In this document: positions 1-12,435 of the stretch, piece by piece
Numbering within the stretch: position 1 is the stretch's first letter
How the letters are laid out: each line of letters opens with the position of its first letter
NCBI RefSeq assembly: GCF_018977255.1
Contig: NW_024704742.1
Coordinates: 39,372,001 to 39,436,000 of the forward strand
Direction: 5' to 3'
From: Callorhinchus milii
Lineage: Eukaryota
Length of the DNA: 64,000 bases
The notes under the pieces: model-generated
Database searches by the model: none
The model's input: the letters and a program-made list of their open reading frames with translations, nothing else
Told to the model about the DNA's origin: nothing
Made by a program: the position numbers and the translations under genes

Positions 1-299
1 GTGAACCAATCACCCCAATCCTCATCCGGCTCCACTGGCTCCTCCTCCCTCAGAGGATTGAGTTTAAAATCCTCTTCCTCATTTCCGCTTCACAGTAAAG
101 CCCTCCCTCGCTTTACGATTTCTTAACACCACACCAACCTGTCAGGTCCCTCCATTCAGCAGGCACTAGCCTGCTCAGTGTCCCTCGACCTGTCTGCCCC
201 ACCATTGATGGACGGGCCTTCTGCTTTTCTGTCCAGCGCCTTGGGACGTCCTTCTGATGTGAAAGGTGCTATATAAATGGAATTTGTTATTGTTGTTGT
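1..299 (+). mobile_element. L2 LINE 3' fragment (old, internally deleted)
   Basis: Sequence like the LHWLP..QRI ORF2 C-terminal region, then gcgccttgggacgtcc..gtgaaaggtgctatataaatgg and a (TTG)n tail, matching the L2 end at 35750-35815. Confidence 0.85.
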
Positions 300-587
300 G
301 CTTGAACTCCATTGAGTAATTTATACAGAGGAGCAATAGTTTTCCTTCATTCACAAACAGGGAAAACAACACACGAAAATTGTAAAACTACCACACAGCA
401 TTCATAGTACTCACAAGAGATGTCCTATACTGTTGAGTAAAGCTACTAGCATTAACGATAATTATCTGATTTTCATCAAGACTTCATTTTTACATTTAAC
501 ATTGGAAAGTCAAAACTTTGGAATTTGCAAATTAGAATCCATTGATCTGATCCTGCTACCTAATGTAAGAATATCCTTTTACTGCAG

Positions 588-827
588 GAAACATATCATT
601 CTGATCAGCATACTTCAGGTAGATAATTTGTTCATGTGCTTTAAATGGGTTTCTGCTCCATTTGGTGCGTTTCACCAATTTGCCCCGTGTGCCTAAAAAT
701 ATATCTAAAACAATTTAAAATGAATAATTTATTTTTACACCTTCAATATCTGTTTTAAGATTGCATTGGAGGTATTTCTAATTTCACAAACCTACCGAGC
801 GTAACAGAAAGATGTTACTCCACATGA
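588..827 (+). other. Candidate last two exons of an unidentified + strand gene (588-618, 760-827)
   Basis: ttttactgcag|31 nt|gtagat and tgttttaag|; the phase-1 join reads ETYHSDQHTSDCIGGISNFTNLPSVTERCYST*; AATAAA at 1042-1047; no recognisable homology. Confidence 0.3.
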
Positions 828-1305
828 ATACATTGATCGCCCAAGATGTGTCTCTCTACTGCTGGAAGAAATGGATACACATATCTAACTTTGTCTTCTC
901 TGGAACCATTGTTGAAGGAGTTAATCAGCATAGCAATACCAATTTGCGTTTGAAATTTACTTTCCATATTCATTACTCTTTGGGAAAATGTTTCTCTTTC
1001 TCCTGAACCGACTTGGAGTCTCTAGTTTTGCTCTCATGATCAATAAATACATTTTCATCATAATAATCCTTGTAGTTGATATAGCACCTTATCATGTCAT
1101 TGAGACTCAAAGCACTTCACAGAAAATACTGTAAAGTGAATTCACTCTATATTTTGTGGGCAAAATGCCCACATCTCTAAACGTTATAAACTTTTCTTCA
1201 CTCAATCTATTTTATGTTAATGAAAACAAACTCAACACTGTGAGCCTCTTCACATACATTTGCCCATGTCACTCTTCTCTGAAAGCCTCTCCATTAGTTT
1301 AATGT

Positions 1306-2114
1306 CAGCCTGGCTCAGTTGGTCGCACTCTTCCTTCCGAATCAGAAGGTTGTAGGTTCAAGCCCCATGTCAATATTTGAGCTCACATAATCTAGGCTGA
1401 CATTCTGCAATGTTGGGTGCGTATTGTACTGGATGAGAATTTAAACTGGAGTTCTATTTGCCTGTTCAGGTGGATGTTAAAGATCCAATGGCAATATTTG
1501 AAAAGAAAAGGGAGGTTCTCCTGGTGTCCTGGCCAACTAAAATTGGTCATTTGTTTCATAGCTGTGTGTGAGACAATGCTATGCATAAATGAACATTTTC
1601 TTACAAATACTCCTCATCCCACCTCATAACAAACCTGTTAAATACTTTAAGGCATTCTCCTGATGTGAAAGACACGATCCCAAATGTAAGAATTGTTGTT
1701 AATAATGTTTCTGACGATCCAACTGAAGTCAGAAAGTATGAGTTCTATCCCCATATCGTGGGTTTGAGTTCCTTTTGTCTCGGCTGGTTCTCCAGTGCAT
1801 CCTGGGGGTGTGTTCCATTTTTGGAGGTGCTGTCCTTCGATTGAGACATAAAATAACAGTCCTGTCTGCAGCTTCAGGTGAATGTTGAATGTTAAAGATA
1901 CCATGGCATTATTTAAAAAGAGAATGGTGTCCTGGCTAATAACTTTCCCAAAGGAAAAAAATAGTTATTCACTTCATGGATGTGTGTAGGACATTGCTTT
2001 GTGCAAATTGGCTGTTGTATTTGCCTACAAAAATAGTCAGTCATTGCACTTGACAAAGAATCCTGTGAAACACTTTGAGATGTTCTCCCATCATGAAAGG
2101 TGCTACATCAAATG
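1306..2114 (+). mobile_element. Two head-to-tail old SacSINE1-like (Deu-domain) SINEs (~1306-1710, ~1715-2114)
   Basis: tRNA-like head ctggctcagttggtcgcactctt..cagaaggttgtaggttcaagccc; body caggtggatgttaaagatccaatggca; Deu-like core tgtgcaaattggctg; L2-type tail. Confidence 0.75.
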
Positions 2115-2579
2115 GGAACACAAGGAAGGAATATCAATTACCAGAAGGAGAAAAGGTTTAGATCCAATTTGTCGTTGCCTTCTCCACCCACCTGGGCTCC
2201 CCACCCCCACCCTGCTCAGGTGCTAATTCAGCATTGTGAATGCATTATGGGAGGTCTGCCCGATATGAGGATTATTGTTAATATTCAATTATTCCAACTT
2301 AACCAATACTCTATAGAAAGTCAAAATCATGTATTTTGATACCTTTCAGATGCAACCTAATAGTTAATTTTGATTTGCGGCTAACAGGTTTACACTGTGG
2401 AAACCTTCAGTATAGTTTAGATTTATATAACGCTTTTCACATCGGGTGGACCTACTGTAGTGCATTGGCACCTGAGCTGGTTGGGGGTGCGGAGCCCAGA
2501 TGGGTGGGGAAGGCAACGATAAATTGGATCTAAAACATTTTTTCTTCTGGTAATTGATATTCCTTCCTTGTGTTCCCAT
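2112..2579. repeat. Inverted repeat with 119-bp arms (2112-2230 and 2461-2579)
   Basis: Manual alignment gives 12 mismatches in 119 bp with no gaps; also visible as near-identical ORF peptides MGTQGRNINYQK.. on opposite strands. Confidence 0.95.
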
Positions 2580-2762
2580 CTTAATATTTGTCTTCAGCAT
2601 GTATTAACATACTTGGCTATGTTCAAATTAATTTGCCACTCATGTAAGATTATATTTGTGATGCTTACTGTTGTTAAAGTTTTTAATTAGTCTTGATGTA
2701 CTTTTTAGAAGATAACCAAACACATATAATCTCTTTAGAATAGCATTCCTTAGTTACTAGGG

Positions 2763-2831
2763 CAACCACAACAACAAAATTACATTTATAGAGCGCCTTT
2801 CACGTTGCGAGGATGTCCCAAAGCGCTGGAC
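2763..2831 (-). mobile_element. L2 extreme 3'-end (tail-only) fragment
   Basis: (CAA)n followed by atttatagagcgcctttcacg..gtcccaaagcgctgg, the reverse complement of the L2 3' stem-loop. Confidence 0.8.
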
Positions 2832-4034
2832 AAAGGTGTGTGTTTTAATGACTAGCTTAGGGTCCCTGAGAGGGTACATGTGGTAACCAGTGTTAACGAA
2901 ATTGCTTGACGCCAGCTGAGCTCTGATATCATAGCTTCTTGGAAAGATGTTCACTCCTCTGAGATAATTGATCATATCCTTGAGCACAGATGTGAAACCA
3001 AGAAGCGCACTCGTGGAATCTGCTTATCTCAATTCTAAAATAACAGGGAGATGGCAGAATCCTCCTTAAAAAAACTGTCCATCTCTCTTTCTCCTCATCT
3101 TCAATACACGACTGTTTGTGGGACACTGATAATTGTCATCATCATTATTATTATTATTAGTTCTTTGCCCAGAAAAGACCATGCTCAAGATTCCTAGCAG
3201 CTTGTGAAGGGTGGGGGCTATCTCTGTGATAAGGGGAGGTGAGTTAGAAACACATAAAAGAAAGCTGTAACTTTGGAACAGTTGGAATCATCGTAGGAGG
3301 AACAGTCGTGAACAGCTGGTGGTCAGCAACTTCCCCAGTGGAATTGGGTAATATCGGTTTTGTTGAATCTTACTACTTTAATGAAACTTAATGATGTTAA
3401 ACTGTATGTGTTAAATCATTAACCTTTGAATTGTATATATTAAAAAATCTATAATTCACACCAACTGTATTGGGGTAACGTTTCTTTCTGGCGAATCTTG
3501 CACTCATCAACCCCTCTGTTTAATTGATCCAAATGTGTTTGGATGCTAGTAATCCCGTCACCAGGCCACGCAACTAATTATTAATAGTAACTGTTTAAAG
3601 TATTGCCAAACGGATTTAGACAATGACCGCTCCCATTCAGAAATCTAGCAATTACTACTTGCCAGCTTCCGCCATTCATTATCGCCTTCTGTTTCTTATT
3701 GTTAAGTAAGTATTTAATCAAACTAGGAACTTTGATATTAATTACAAAAGTTTTAACTTTTTTTGTTGTGATTTATCACCTGCTCTTCTCTGTCTCCTCC
3801 CAAGAGCAGTCACACGTTTCCTATGAAAGTAGCCCATCAAAATCTCAAACAGTGTTGTGAACAGGTATCTGAACAACACCTCCTATAACATACCTGCAAT
3901 AAAACCTCCTTAACATTCTACAAGACACAATTGTTAAGTTGATGAACTGTGTCATTCTAAGAATTTCGAGGGTAAAACATAAAAGGGAGACCAGCTGGAG
4001 CCACGGAGTGCTTGCCAACCTCATTCACCTGTTT

Positions 4035-4295
4035 CAGTTCACAGTGTTTTCACTATGAAGTGTAGTGACTACATATTTGTAGGCAAATGCAGTAACCAAT
4101 TTGAACGTAGCCATGTTCCACAAACATTCATGAAGTAAATGATTAACTTTATTAGGAAAATTGTTGGTCAGAATACCGGATAAAACTCCATTCTCTTTTC
4201 AAATTATGCCGTGGAATCTTTAGCGTCCACCTGAACAGGTAGACAGCTTTAACGTCTCATCCGATGGATGGTACCTTAGACAATGTAGCACTGCT
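4035..4295 (-). mobile_element. Old SacSINE1-like SINE fragment
   Basis: gtccacctgaacagg..tttaacgtctcatccga plus Deu-like core in reverse. Confidence 0.65.
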
Positions 4296-4689
4296 TTGAG
4301 TGTTTTAAAGAAAGGTGGTGAAATTCATCTTAAAGATTAATATGAAAGGTATTGGATAAATTGAACAATTAAAAATTTAATACTCCGAGATGCTGCCTTG
4401 AGTGAAGAGTGATATGTAAATGCAAGTTGTTGTTTTCAATAATGATAGACTGGTGCAATGATCTTCACAATCAGGAAGTGTATATCTTATTGTTATGGGG
4501 GATGATCATGAATTCTGCCCTTTCCTTGGGAAGACAGCCTCATCTGTGCTTCTTCAAACGATCTCGCTGAAAAGGGAACAAAAGAATTCCCAGAACCTGC
4601 ATCAGTACAATAGACACAGGACATGGTGGGCTGCTGTCCGTTCAGCATTTGTTTGGGTTGATTAAATAGAATATTGCATACTCTAACCT

Positions 4690-4880
4690 TGTCTTAAACC
4701 AATTAATTTGGTCACTCAATCCACGACTGTTTGTGGGCCGACGCTGTGTGCAATTGGCTGCTGTGTTTCGCCCATAAAATATACAGTCACTGCACTTTAC
4801 AGCATAATCTGTGAAGCATTTTGAACATCTCAAAGATGTGATAAGGTGCTATATCAAATGGAAGGATTATTGTTATTATT
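4690..4880 (+). mobile_element. 5'-truncated Deu-type SINE
   Basis: ttggtcactcaatccacgactgtttgtggg..caattggctgctg..ctgtgaagc..atatcaaatg followed by (TTA)n. Confidence 0.85.
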
Positions 4881-7002
4881 CACTGCTCCCCCGATGCTTC
4901 TACTGAGTCCAGCGATGTTTATACTCCCTTCCCCAAGAGCCATCCCCATGTCAGACTGCATTTGTCCCACCACTTGGTTTGAGACCAGCTGCCTGTACTT
5001 CAGCACTGCATCCATCCACATTAGATGTACAACAAAATGCATTCACTGTAGGGCATTTTCTGTTATCAATTCACATAGCAACACAGAGGCACACTTCTAA
5101 CAGTAAGTGCCCTACAGCGGACTTTTCAGAACAAATTAAAAGGGAAGGGTTATAGCAGGGAAATAAAAAAAAGTGTCTGCAGGAAAGATATACATGATTC
5201 TCAGTGTGCAGAGAACTCTTACTGCAAAGCATGAAAAGCAAGAACTATATTGGAAATAAATTATTTATCAATAAATAAAACTTACATTTATTCAACTTTC
5301 ATGTGAAAGAAATATCTTAAACCACTGTACAGAATGAGATAAATTAGAAATGAAGTGAATACTGTTATGGAAGTGAACACATAGCAGATCATTTTCACCA
5401 GCGTCATCCTACTAACAACAATAAGATGAATTGCCAATCAATTCGAATTTTGGGGATGAATTTGGTATATCTCCTTTCACGTTGGTAGGACATCTCAAAG
5501 TGCTTAACAGGGTTGAGGATAAAAGTGACTGTATATCTTGTAGGCAAACTCAGCAGTCAATTTGCGCAGAGCAATGTTTCAAAAACATGTGAAGTAAATG
5601 ATTAATTTGGATGCAAAAATAATGTGAGCCAGGATAACCGAAGGCAAAATGACACATTTCTTTGAAATAGTGGCAGGAGGTCATTTAACATTCACTGAAT
5701 CACAAGGCAGATGCTTAAATTACTGATTCAGTCAAAAATGGGATTATGATTTGGAAATTAATAAAATTCTATGTGTTGTTATGTTGGCAAATGTGGCAGC
5801 CAATCTGCATCAGCTGCATCCCACAAACAATGAGATGAATTAAAGTCATTTAAATATTTTAATAATATCTTTGTATTTTACATGTAGCATAAAATGGCAA
5901 CAATTTCTTCAGAAAAGTAACACCTTAGAGTAATATTTGAATAATTTAAAGGTATCATTCACTGGTTGACAGTAAATTTACCGAGCTTTGTGGTTTGGGT
6001 TTTTAATGGAACAGTCCACAAAGTGAGCGATATTTTCCAATAATGGAGTGGGGAAGATGCATGTGTGGAATGTTAATGAATGCCTGTTAAGTGGATCAAT
6101 TTCTGTAGTCCAACATATGTGTACCCTGAAGAGTTAAATTGGTTCAGAAGTGAATAATATTTTTATTACATTTGCAGCTTTTTAGTTAATTGTTGATTAA
6201 ATCAAAATCAGCTCATGGGTTCCACACTCAAGGATGGTCCCAGCTTGTTCAAATCAGCTTGTAATTAACTATTGCGAGGACATACAGATTCGCACAGACC
6301 ACCATCTTGGTGTTAAGAAGGGACAATGATAAAAGAGGTCTAGCTGAGCTATTCTTTGTTTAGTCAGAATTGGTCATTGTGGTGTTCGGACCGAGGTGGT
6401 GAAGGCGAGTGCATCTTTCCTTCCCTCGCTGTGTGACTCAAGCCACTCAGCCTCGATTTTTCTAGCCATTCCAGCAACATCAGAAGAAAGTAAAGTTGAA
6501 GAAAAATTGTACAGGAATACAGCTGAAACACAACTGCTGGAGACAAGGACTTTTGGTACCTTAATTCATGCCTGCTATTATCAGCATGCCAGTTCCAGAA
6601 ACAATGCTCGCTAGTTCCAATTCCAGAGAAAGGAGAAGCAAGAGATTTTCACCTACTGCTTATGAACTTTGATATGTCATTACGGTGATATTGCTATACG
6701 TGAGCATAACAACTAATATTATTGGCTGTAACCCTGCTTATTGTACTATGTTTATTTAATTAATGCAACATTTCTGCCTTATTAAGTAAACAAGCTTTAA
6801 ATATAAAATACAAGTGACTTTGGTTCCATTGTTCACAGGTCCTAATATATAAATTCCTGGAGACAGAATAAGCTGGTCTTTCAGATTTCAACAGAAAGGT
6901 TAACTCCACTACTAACTGTCTTTTGAATCCAACAGATGATAGGGAGAATTTTAATTTCCCTGCTGATAAAATGGGTCATTAAGAGTTTTTTTTGGGGGGT
7001 GG

Positions 7003-7215
7003 AGGGCAGCCAAGTGTCTCACACAAGTGAAAACCTATCACCATGAACAAGAATATTCAAACCAGACTGAGAGTTCCACATATGCATACTACCTACATAT
7101 GGATATGTCCCTAGGTCTGGAATAGAATACACACACTCTCTCTAGAGGGACACACTCGGGTCTAATTCTGGAGAGTATTAGGTACACATTCGTAAGAGCG
7201 AAGGCTTGGGCAGTG
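7003..7215 (+). repeat. Unclassified interspersed repeat (family X), fragment 1
   Basis: cagccaagtgtctcacac..aaaccta..tattaggtacac aligns by eye with the start of the 16101-16725 copy. Confidence 0.65.
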
Positions 7216-7307
7216 TTCATAAGTAAATGCTAGTTGCCAAAAAAGTTGGGAGATTTATTTTATTTGTTGATGTACAGATACTTTCAGGTGACTCTTGAAC
7301 ATTATTG

Positions 7308-8820
7308 GAGGCTTTGGCTACAATTTTTCAATCTTCATTGTCACAGGGGTGGTACCAGAGGACTGGAGAGTGGCCAATGTGACTCCCTGTACAAAAAGGG
7401 ACAGAAAGACAAACCTGGGAACTACAGGCCAGTCAGCCTAACATCAGTAGTGGGGAAACTCCTGGAGACTATAATCCCGGACAGAATAAATCTTCACTTA
7501 GAAGAATATGGGTTAATATGGGTTAATCCAATACGGATTTGTTAAAGGCAAATCTTGACTAACAAATCTAATAGAATTTTTCGATGAGGTAACGGAGAGG
7601 ATGGATAAAGGTAGTGCAGTTGATGGAGTTTATATGGACTTTCAAAAGGCATTTGACAAAGTGCCACATGAAAGACTTGTAAGAAAGATAGAAGCCCATG
7701 GTATAAAAGGGACAGTGGCAGCATGGATCCAGAACTGGCTGGGAGACAGAAAGCAGAGTTGTGGTGAACGGCTGCTTTTCTGACTGGAGGGAAGTGCACT
7801 GTGGTGTCCCCCAGGAATCGGTATTAGGACCACTGCTCTTCTTAATATACATAAATGATCTGGACTTGGGTACAGCAAGCACCATTTCCAAGTTTGCGGA
7901 CAACACAAAGTTAGGTAGGGTGGTAAACAGTGAGAAGGATAGTAGCCAACTGCAGGAAGACATAGACAGAATGGTAAAATGGGCAGACGCATGGCAGATG
8001 AATTTCAATATGGAGAAATGCAAGGTAATGCATTTTGGTAGAAAGAATGAGGGGAGGCAATACAGGCTGGTAATACAATCTTAAGGGGGTAAAAGAACAG
8101 AGAGACCTGGGGTTTCAGCTAAATGAATCCTTGAAGGTGGCAGGGCAGGTAGATAAAGCTGTAAAAAGGGCGTATGGGATACTAGGCTTTATAAATAGGG
8201 GCATAGAGTACAAGAGTCAGGAGGTTATGATTAACCTATATAAAACATTGGTTAGGCCTCAGTTAGAATACTGCGCCCAGTTCTGGGCACCACACTATAG
8301 GAAGGATGTTAAGGCATTGGAAAGGGTGCAGAGGAAATTTACAAGGATGGTACCAGGAATGTGGGACCTTGATTATGAGGAAAGGCTAGAGAGGCTGAGA
8401 TTATTCTCACTGGGGCAGAGACGGTTACGAGGAGACCTAATAGAGGTTTTCAAAATCATGAGGGGATTTGATAGGTTAGAAAGGGAAAAACTGTTTCCAC
8501 TGGTGGGTGTGCCGTGTCAGTGACTTTGAGGTCACGGGTTTAAAATAATCTCTAAAAGAAGCAGAGGGGAGGTGAGAAGAAATTTTTTCACCCAGCGAGT
8601 TGTTCGAATCTGGAACGCATTGCCTGAAAGAGTGGTGGAGGCCGATTTAATAACCACTTTTAAAAACGCGGTGGACGGGTATTTGAGGAGGACGGGTCTG
8701 CAGGGTTATGGGGAAAGGGCTGGGGAGTGGGATTGATGTTCATTGCTCTTTTCAAAGAGCTGGCATAGGCTCAATGGGCTGAATGGTCTCTTTTTGTGCT
8801 GTACAATTCTATAATTCTAT
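7308..8820 (+). mobile_element. CR1-clade LINE, 5'-truncated, with frameshifted ORF2 (reverse transcriptase) and 3' UTR
   Basis: Peptides [47 protein letters not shown] and LYKTLVRPQLEYCAQFWAP in shifting frames; ends in attctataattctat. Confidence 0.95.
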
Positions 8821-9393
8821 TTTCTGGGTTGCAAAAGTGTAGGAGTGAAACTAACGATTTCCTAGAAGACTTGTGTATTCTGTGAGCATCTTTTTCTAAG
8901 TGTTAACATTCACAGAATAGTGGTTTTGCAGGAGGTATGAACCAGCACTATGCATCTGGCCTCAGAAAATCTGTTAGACCAAGGTCAGCATTCTTACAAT
9001 GACAAAGGAGCAGTGCTTCTGCCCCAAGCTGCTGTGCCTGATATATGTGATCTGATTTGAGAAGACCTGTAAGCTACATTTGGTGCATGTATCACCTTCT
9101 TGTAGTTTTGAAAGTTACACCATTTACACCACTTTATGCCATTGCCATCTTTTAAGAACAGGGTGAAATATTTCAGCAGTTAGGCAGTTGTCTGCAGCAG
9201 GCAGACATTCAATTCATTTGATTCCCTGGGAATGCCTATCACAAGAGGGAGAGACAGTGTTAACATTTTGTCACTATGGTAATACCAAGGGTTCAGAGCA
9301 ACAGAGACTGTACTCATGTGGCCGTTAGGTCATCAAATATTATTAAATGATAACCTTGCATTTGACATAACGCCTATTATGTTAAATTTTGTT

Positions 9394-9715
9394 TGGTTAG
9401 CCAAGTGTCTGACACATGCAGAAACCCAAGAGCATCCATGCTAAACTGAAAATTCCATGTATGTATGCCACCTGACACATACAAATGTTTGTGTACCTGT
9501 AAAGGAACATACATCCTCTGCCTAGCCATCTTATCAAATTCTACAGAGTATTAGGTGCAGGTTGGCACGTTGGAAAGAGCCAAAGTTTGGGGACCCTAGA
9601 GTGTGCATTGGGTACTGCTGGACTTTAATTAACTAAAACTGCATAGCTTGCCATTGAGAGCAATGTCCGGAAAGCTTCCTACTGCTTTTCCACCTGTTAG
9701 GGTTTTGGTTTGGTC
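9394..9715 (+). repeat. Family X fragment 2
   Basis: tggttagccaagtgtctgacacatgcagaaacc..agagtgtgcattgggtactgctgg..acctgttaggg. Confidence 0.8.
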
Positions 9716-9898
9716 TCAGTGACCTATTATATCTAAACATCTCAAAATACTTCACAAGGTTTTCTATCAAGCATAATGACAAAATGGCATTAATTTGCAA
9801 AGAAATTTCCCACAAACAGCCATAAAGTGAATGACCAAAATTGTCTGGGGGATTGTTGGCCAGGACACCAGGAGAAACTTTCTTCTCTTTTTAAATGA

Positions 9899-10592
9899 TC
9901 ATAGAATCATAGAATATTACAGCACAGAAGGAGACCATTCAGTCTGCTGTGCCTGTGCTGGCGCTTTGGGAGAGCTACCCAATCAGTCCAACTACACTGT
10001 TCTTTCCCCATATCCTTGCAAATGTTTCCTTTCAAGTATCCATCCAATTCCCTTTGAAAGTTGTTATTGAATCTGTGTCCACCACCCTTTCAGGCAATGC
10101 ATTCCAGACTGTAACAATGCTTGTGTAAAAATAATTCTCCTCATCTCTTCTCTGGTTCTTTTTCCAATTATTTTAAAACTATGTCCCCCGATTACCGACC
10201 CATCTGCCGTTGGAAACAGTTTCTCTCCATCTACTCTATTAAAACCCCTCATAATTTTCAACACCTATATTAAAACTCCCCTTAATCTTCTCTGCTCTAA
10301 GGAGAACAGTCCCAGCTTCTCCAGTCTCTCCACATAACTAAAGTCCCTTATCCCTAGTACCATTCTGGTAAATCGTCTCTGCTCCCTCTCCAAGGTCTTG
10401 ATATCCTTCCTAAAGTGTGGTGCCAAGAATTGGAGATGATACTCCAGCTGAGATTTCATTGCTTTTGTACTCTATGCCTCTATTTATAAAGCCAAGGATC
10501 CTATATGCTTAATTAACAGCACTATCAACCAGTCCTGCCACCTTTGAAGACCTGTTTATGTGAACCCCCAGGTCTCTCTGCACCTGAACCCC
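9899..10592 (-). mobile_element. CR1 LINE 3' fragment
   Basis: Peptides QLEYHLQFLAPHFRKDI..LEKLGLFSLEQRRLRG and KIMRGFNRVDGEKLFP; (catagaat)2 terminus. Confidence 0.92.
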
Positions 10593-10889
10593 CTGGGGAG
10601 GAGGAGATGACTATAGGGGCAGTTGAAGCGCTAGGTTTTAAGTTGGGATTGAAAGATAGGTAGAGAGTGAACATGGCAAAGGGGTTGAGATAGGGATGTT
10701 CAGAGGTTAAGGACATAGTGACTGAAGGCTCAGCCACCAACAGTGGCACAGAGCATCTGGGGAGGACAGCAGGCCCAAGTAAGTTTAACAGAGGAGGAGG
10801 TGGGGGTGAGCAGAGAAGTTGGGTATGAGAAGAACAGAGAGATAAGAAGGTGCTATGGCATGAAAAAACTTCATGCCAGGAGATTTATA

Positions 10890-11500
10890 GATAATAATAA
10901 TAATAATAATCCTTGCATTTGATATTGTGCTTTTCACATCTTCTCGACGTTTCAAAGCGCTTCACAGAATATATTGCAAATAATAATAATAATAATAATA
11001 ATCCTTGCATTTGATATAGCGCTTTTCACGTCGGGAGGACGTCCCAAAGCGCTTCACAGAACACACTGTAAAGTGAATTGACTGTATATTTGTGGGCAAA
11101 CGCGGCAGCCAATTGCGCACAGCAATGTCCCACAAACAGTCGTAGATTGAAAATGACCAATTTATTATTGTTTTGGTTTTTTTTGGAGGGATTATTATTA
11201 GGCGTGTGGAGTAAGGAAACTTGCCCAAGGTTTCGCCCTGCCTGGAATTGAACTCAGGTCTCTCGCTTGCAAAGCGAGTGCTCTAACCACTGAGCTACAG
11301 GTCTCCGCAAAGTGAATACACTGTTTATTTGTCTAGGAAATGCGGCAGTGTCTCACAAACAATCGTGGATTGAGTGACCAAATTATTATTTTTTTAAAGG
11401 ATTATTATCCTTGGAAAAGCGATCCACCAATCGACTAACAACTGGGTTCCTACTTACTGCTAGGTAAACGGAGGCGTGTGGAGTAAGGAAACATTTCGCC
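10890..11500 (-). mobile_element. Long-form SINE split by a nested young SINE (halves 10890-10980 and 11307-11500)
   Basis: The two halves rejoin at gcaaa; contains the extra ccgtttacctagcagtaagtaggaacc segment. Confidence 0.8.
10981..11306 (-). mobile_element. Full-length young tRNA-Ala-derived SINE (short form), TSD gcaaa
   Basis: Head ggagacctgtagctcagtggttagagcactcgctttgcaagcgag, Deu-like core, (TTA)n tail; gcaaa at 10976-10980 and 11307-11311. Confidence 0.93.
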
Positions 11501-11924
11501 CTTATTTACAGTACTATTGATGTGCAGAAACCTTGAGGAAATGTTCCCCAGCATGTCAGACTATTTCCATATAGAACCCACAATACATGACGCTGAATAC
11601 TAATATGATGATATTCCAAAGGCAAACTCGGCAAAGACAGATGTCCTGTCCCTGCAATATACAACCCAGCAGCAGTTTTCAAAGGTGATTGTTTGGAGAG
11701 TTATCTGCTCACTTATGGTTTCTAGCACTTGTGCTGCATCCTTACAATCCTAAGTAGATGATCTATCATCAGGGTTACTGTCACACAGCATCTGGAATCC
11801 ACTTTGATTGGCCTGCAGAGAAGCAAGCAGCTCCTGCTTAAACTCCGCACCGCCAATTGGTAGAACCATTGCTCAATGGGAAGGGTTGTGAGCCCGAGCT
11901 GTGGAACAGGAAGTCAGTGGCAAT

Positions 11925-12415
11925 GTTATCACCCATTTCATACTTAGATGCATTGCCCACCGGGAAGCTCACATCCTTGTACCTACCATCCACCTAGTGA
12001 GGGCTCAAACCCGTGCTTGTTGGATGCCAAATGACCAACTGGTGGCTATCCTTGTTGGGGGGGGATGTAAGCGGGGTCTCCTTGGAGCTGATCTGGTTCC
12101 AAGATAACATGCCTGGTAACAGAAGATTAGAATCCAGCCAGCCCTCTGTGGCAGTCTTGATAGTCCGGTTCCTGAACCAGGCAGGTCGGCAGTATTCCGG
12201 GGCATTGCTGATGATGGCACAGCCAGCCTGGCTCATCGGTAGGATCTGGGAGGGCAGACCAGTCACTGGGGGCAGGGAGTCATCCCACTCTGCTCCTGTT
12301 AACCCTGCAAGCCAAAGCCCTAACAGGTAGGGTAGCTGGACATGCAGTGGGAAAGCATGCTGATCAGCAATATCAAAGGCAAGCTTACCAGTTTTAGCTG
12401 ATTAGACTCCAGCTG
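11925..12415 (-). repeat. Family X fragment 3 (right part)
   Basis: Reverse-strand match to 16340-16720 (SQAGCAII..EYCRPAW.RN.TIKT) and to 58180-58260. Confidence 0.85.
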
Positions 12416-12435
12416 GTTCACTAACTGGACTACCG

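Noticed and set aside
2929..3034. Minus-strand terminal exon IEISRFHECASWFHICAQGYDQLSQRSEHLSKKL*
   Set aside because: An acceptor is present, but there is no recognisable homology or linkable upstream exon
12208..12240. Hammerhead ribozyme (CTGATGA followed by a short stem)
   Set aside because: No GAAA after stem II, and the motif is not kept in the 16101 copy
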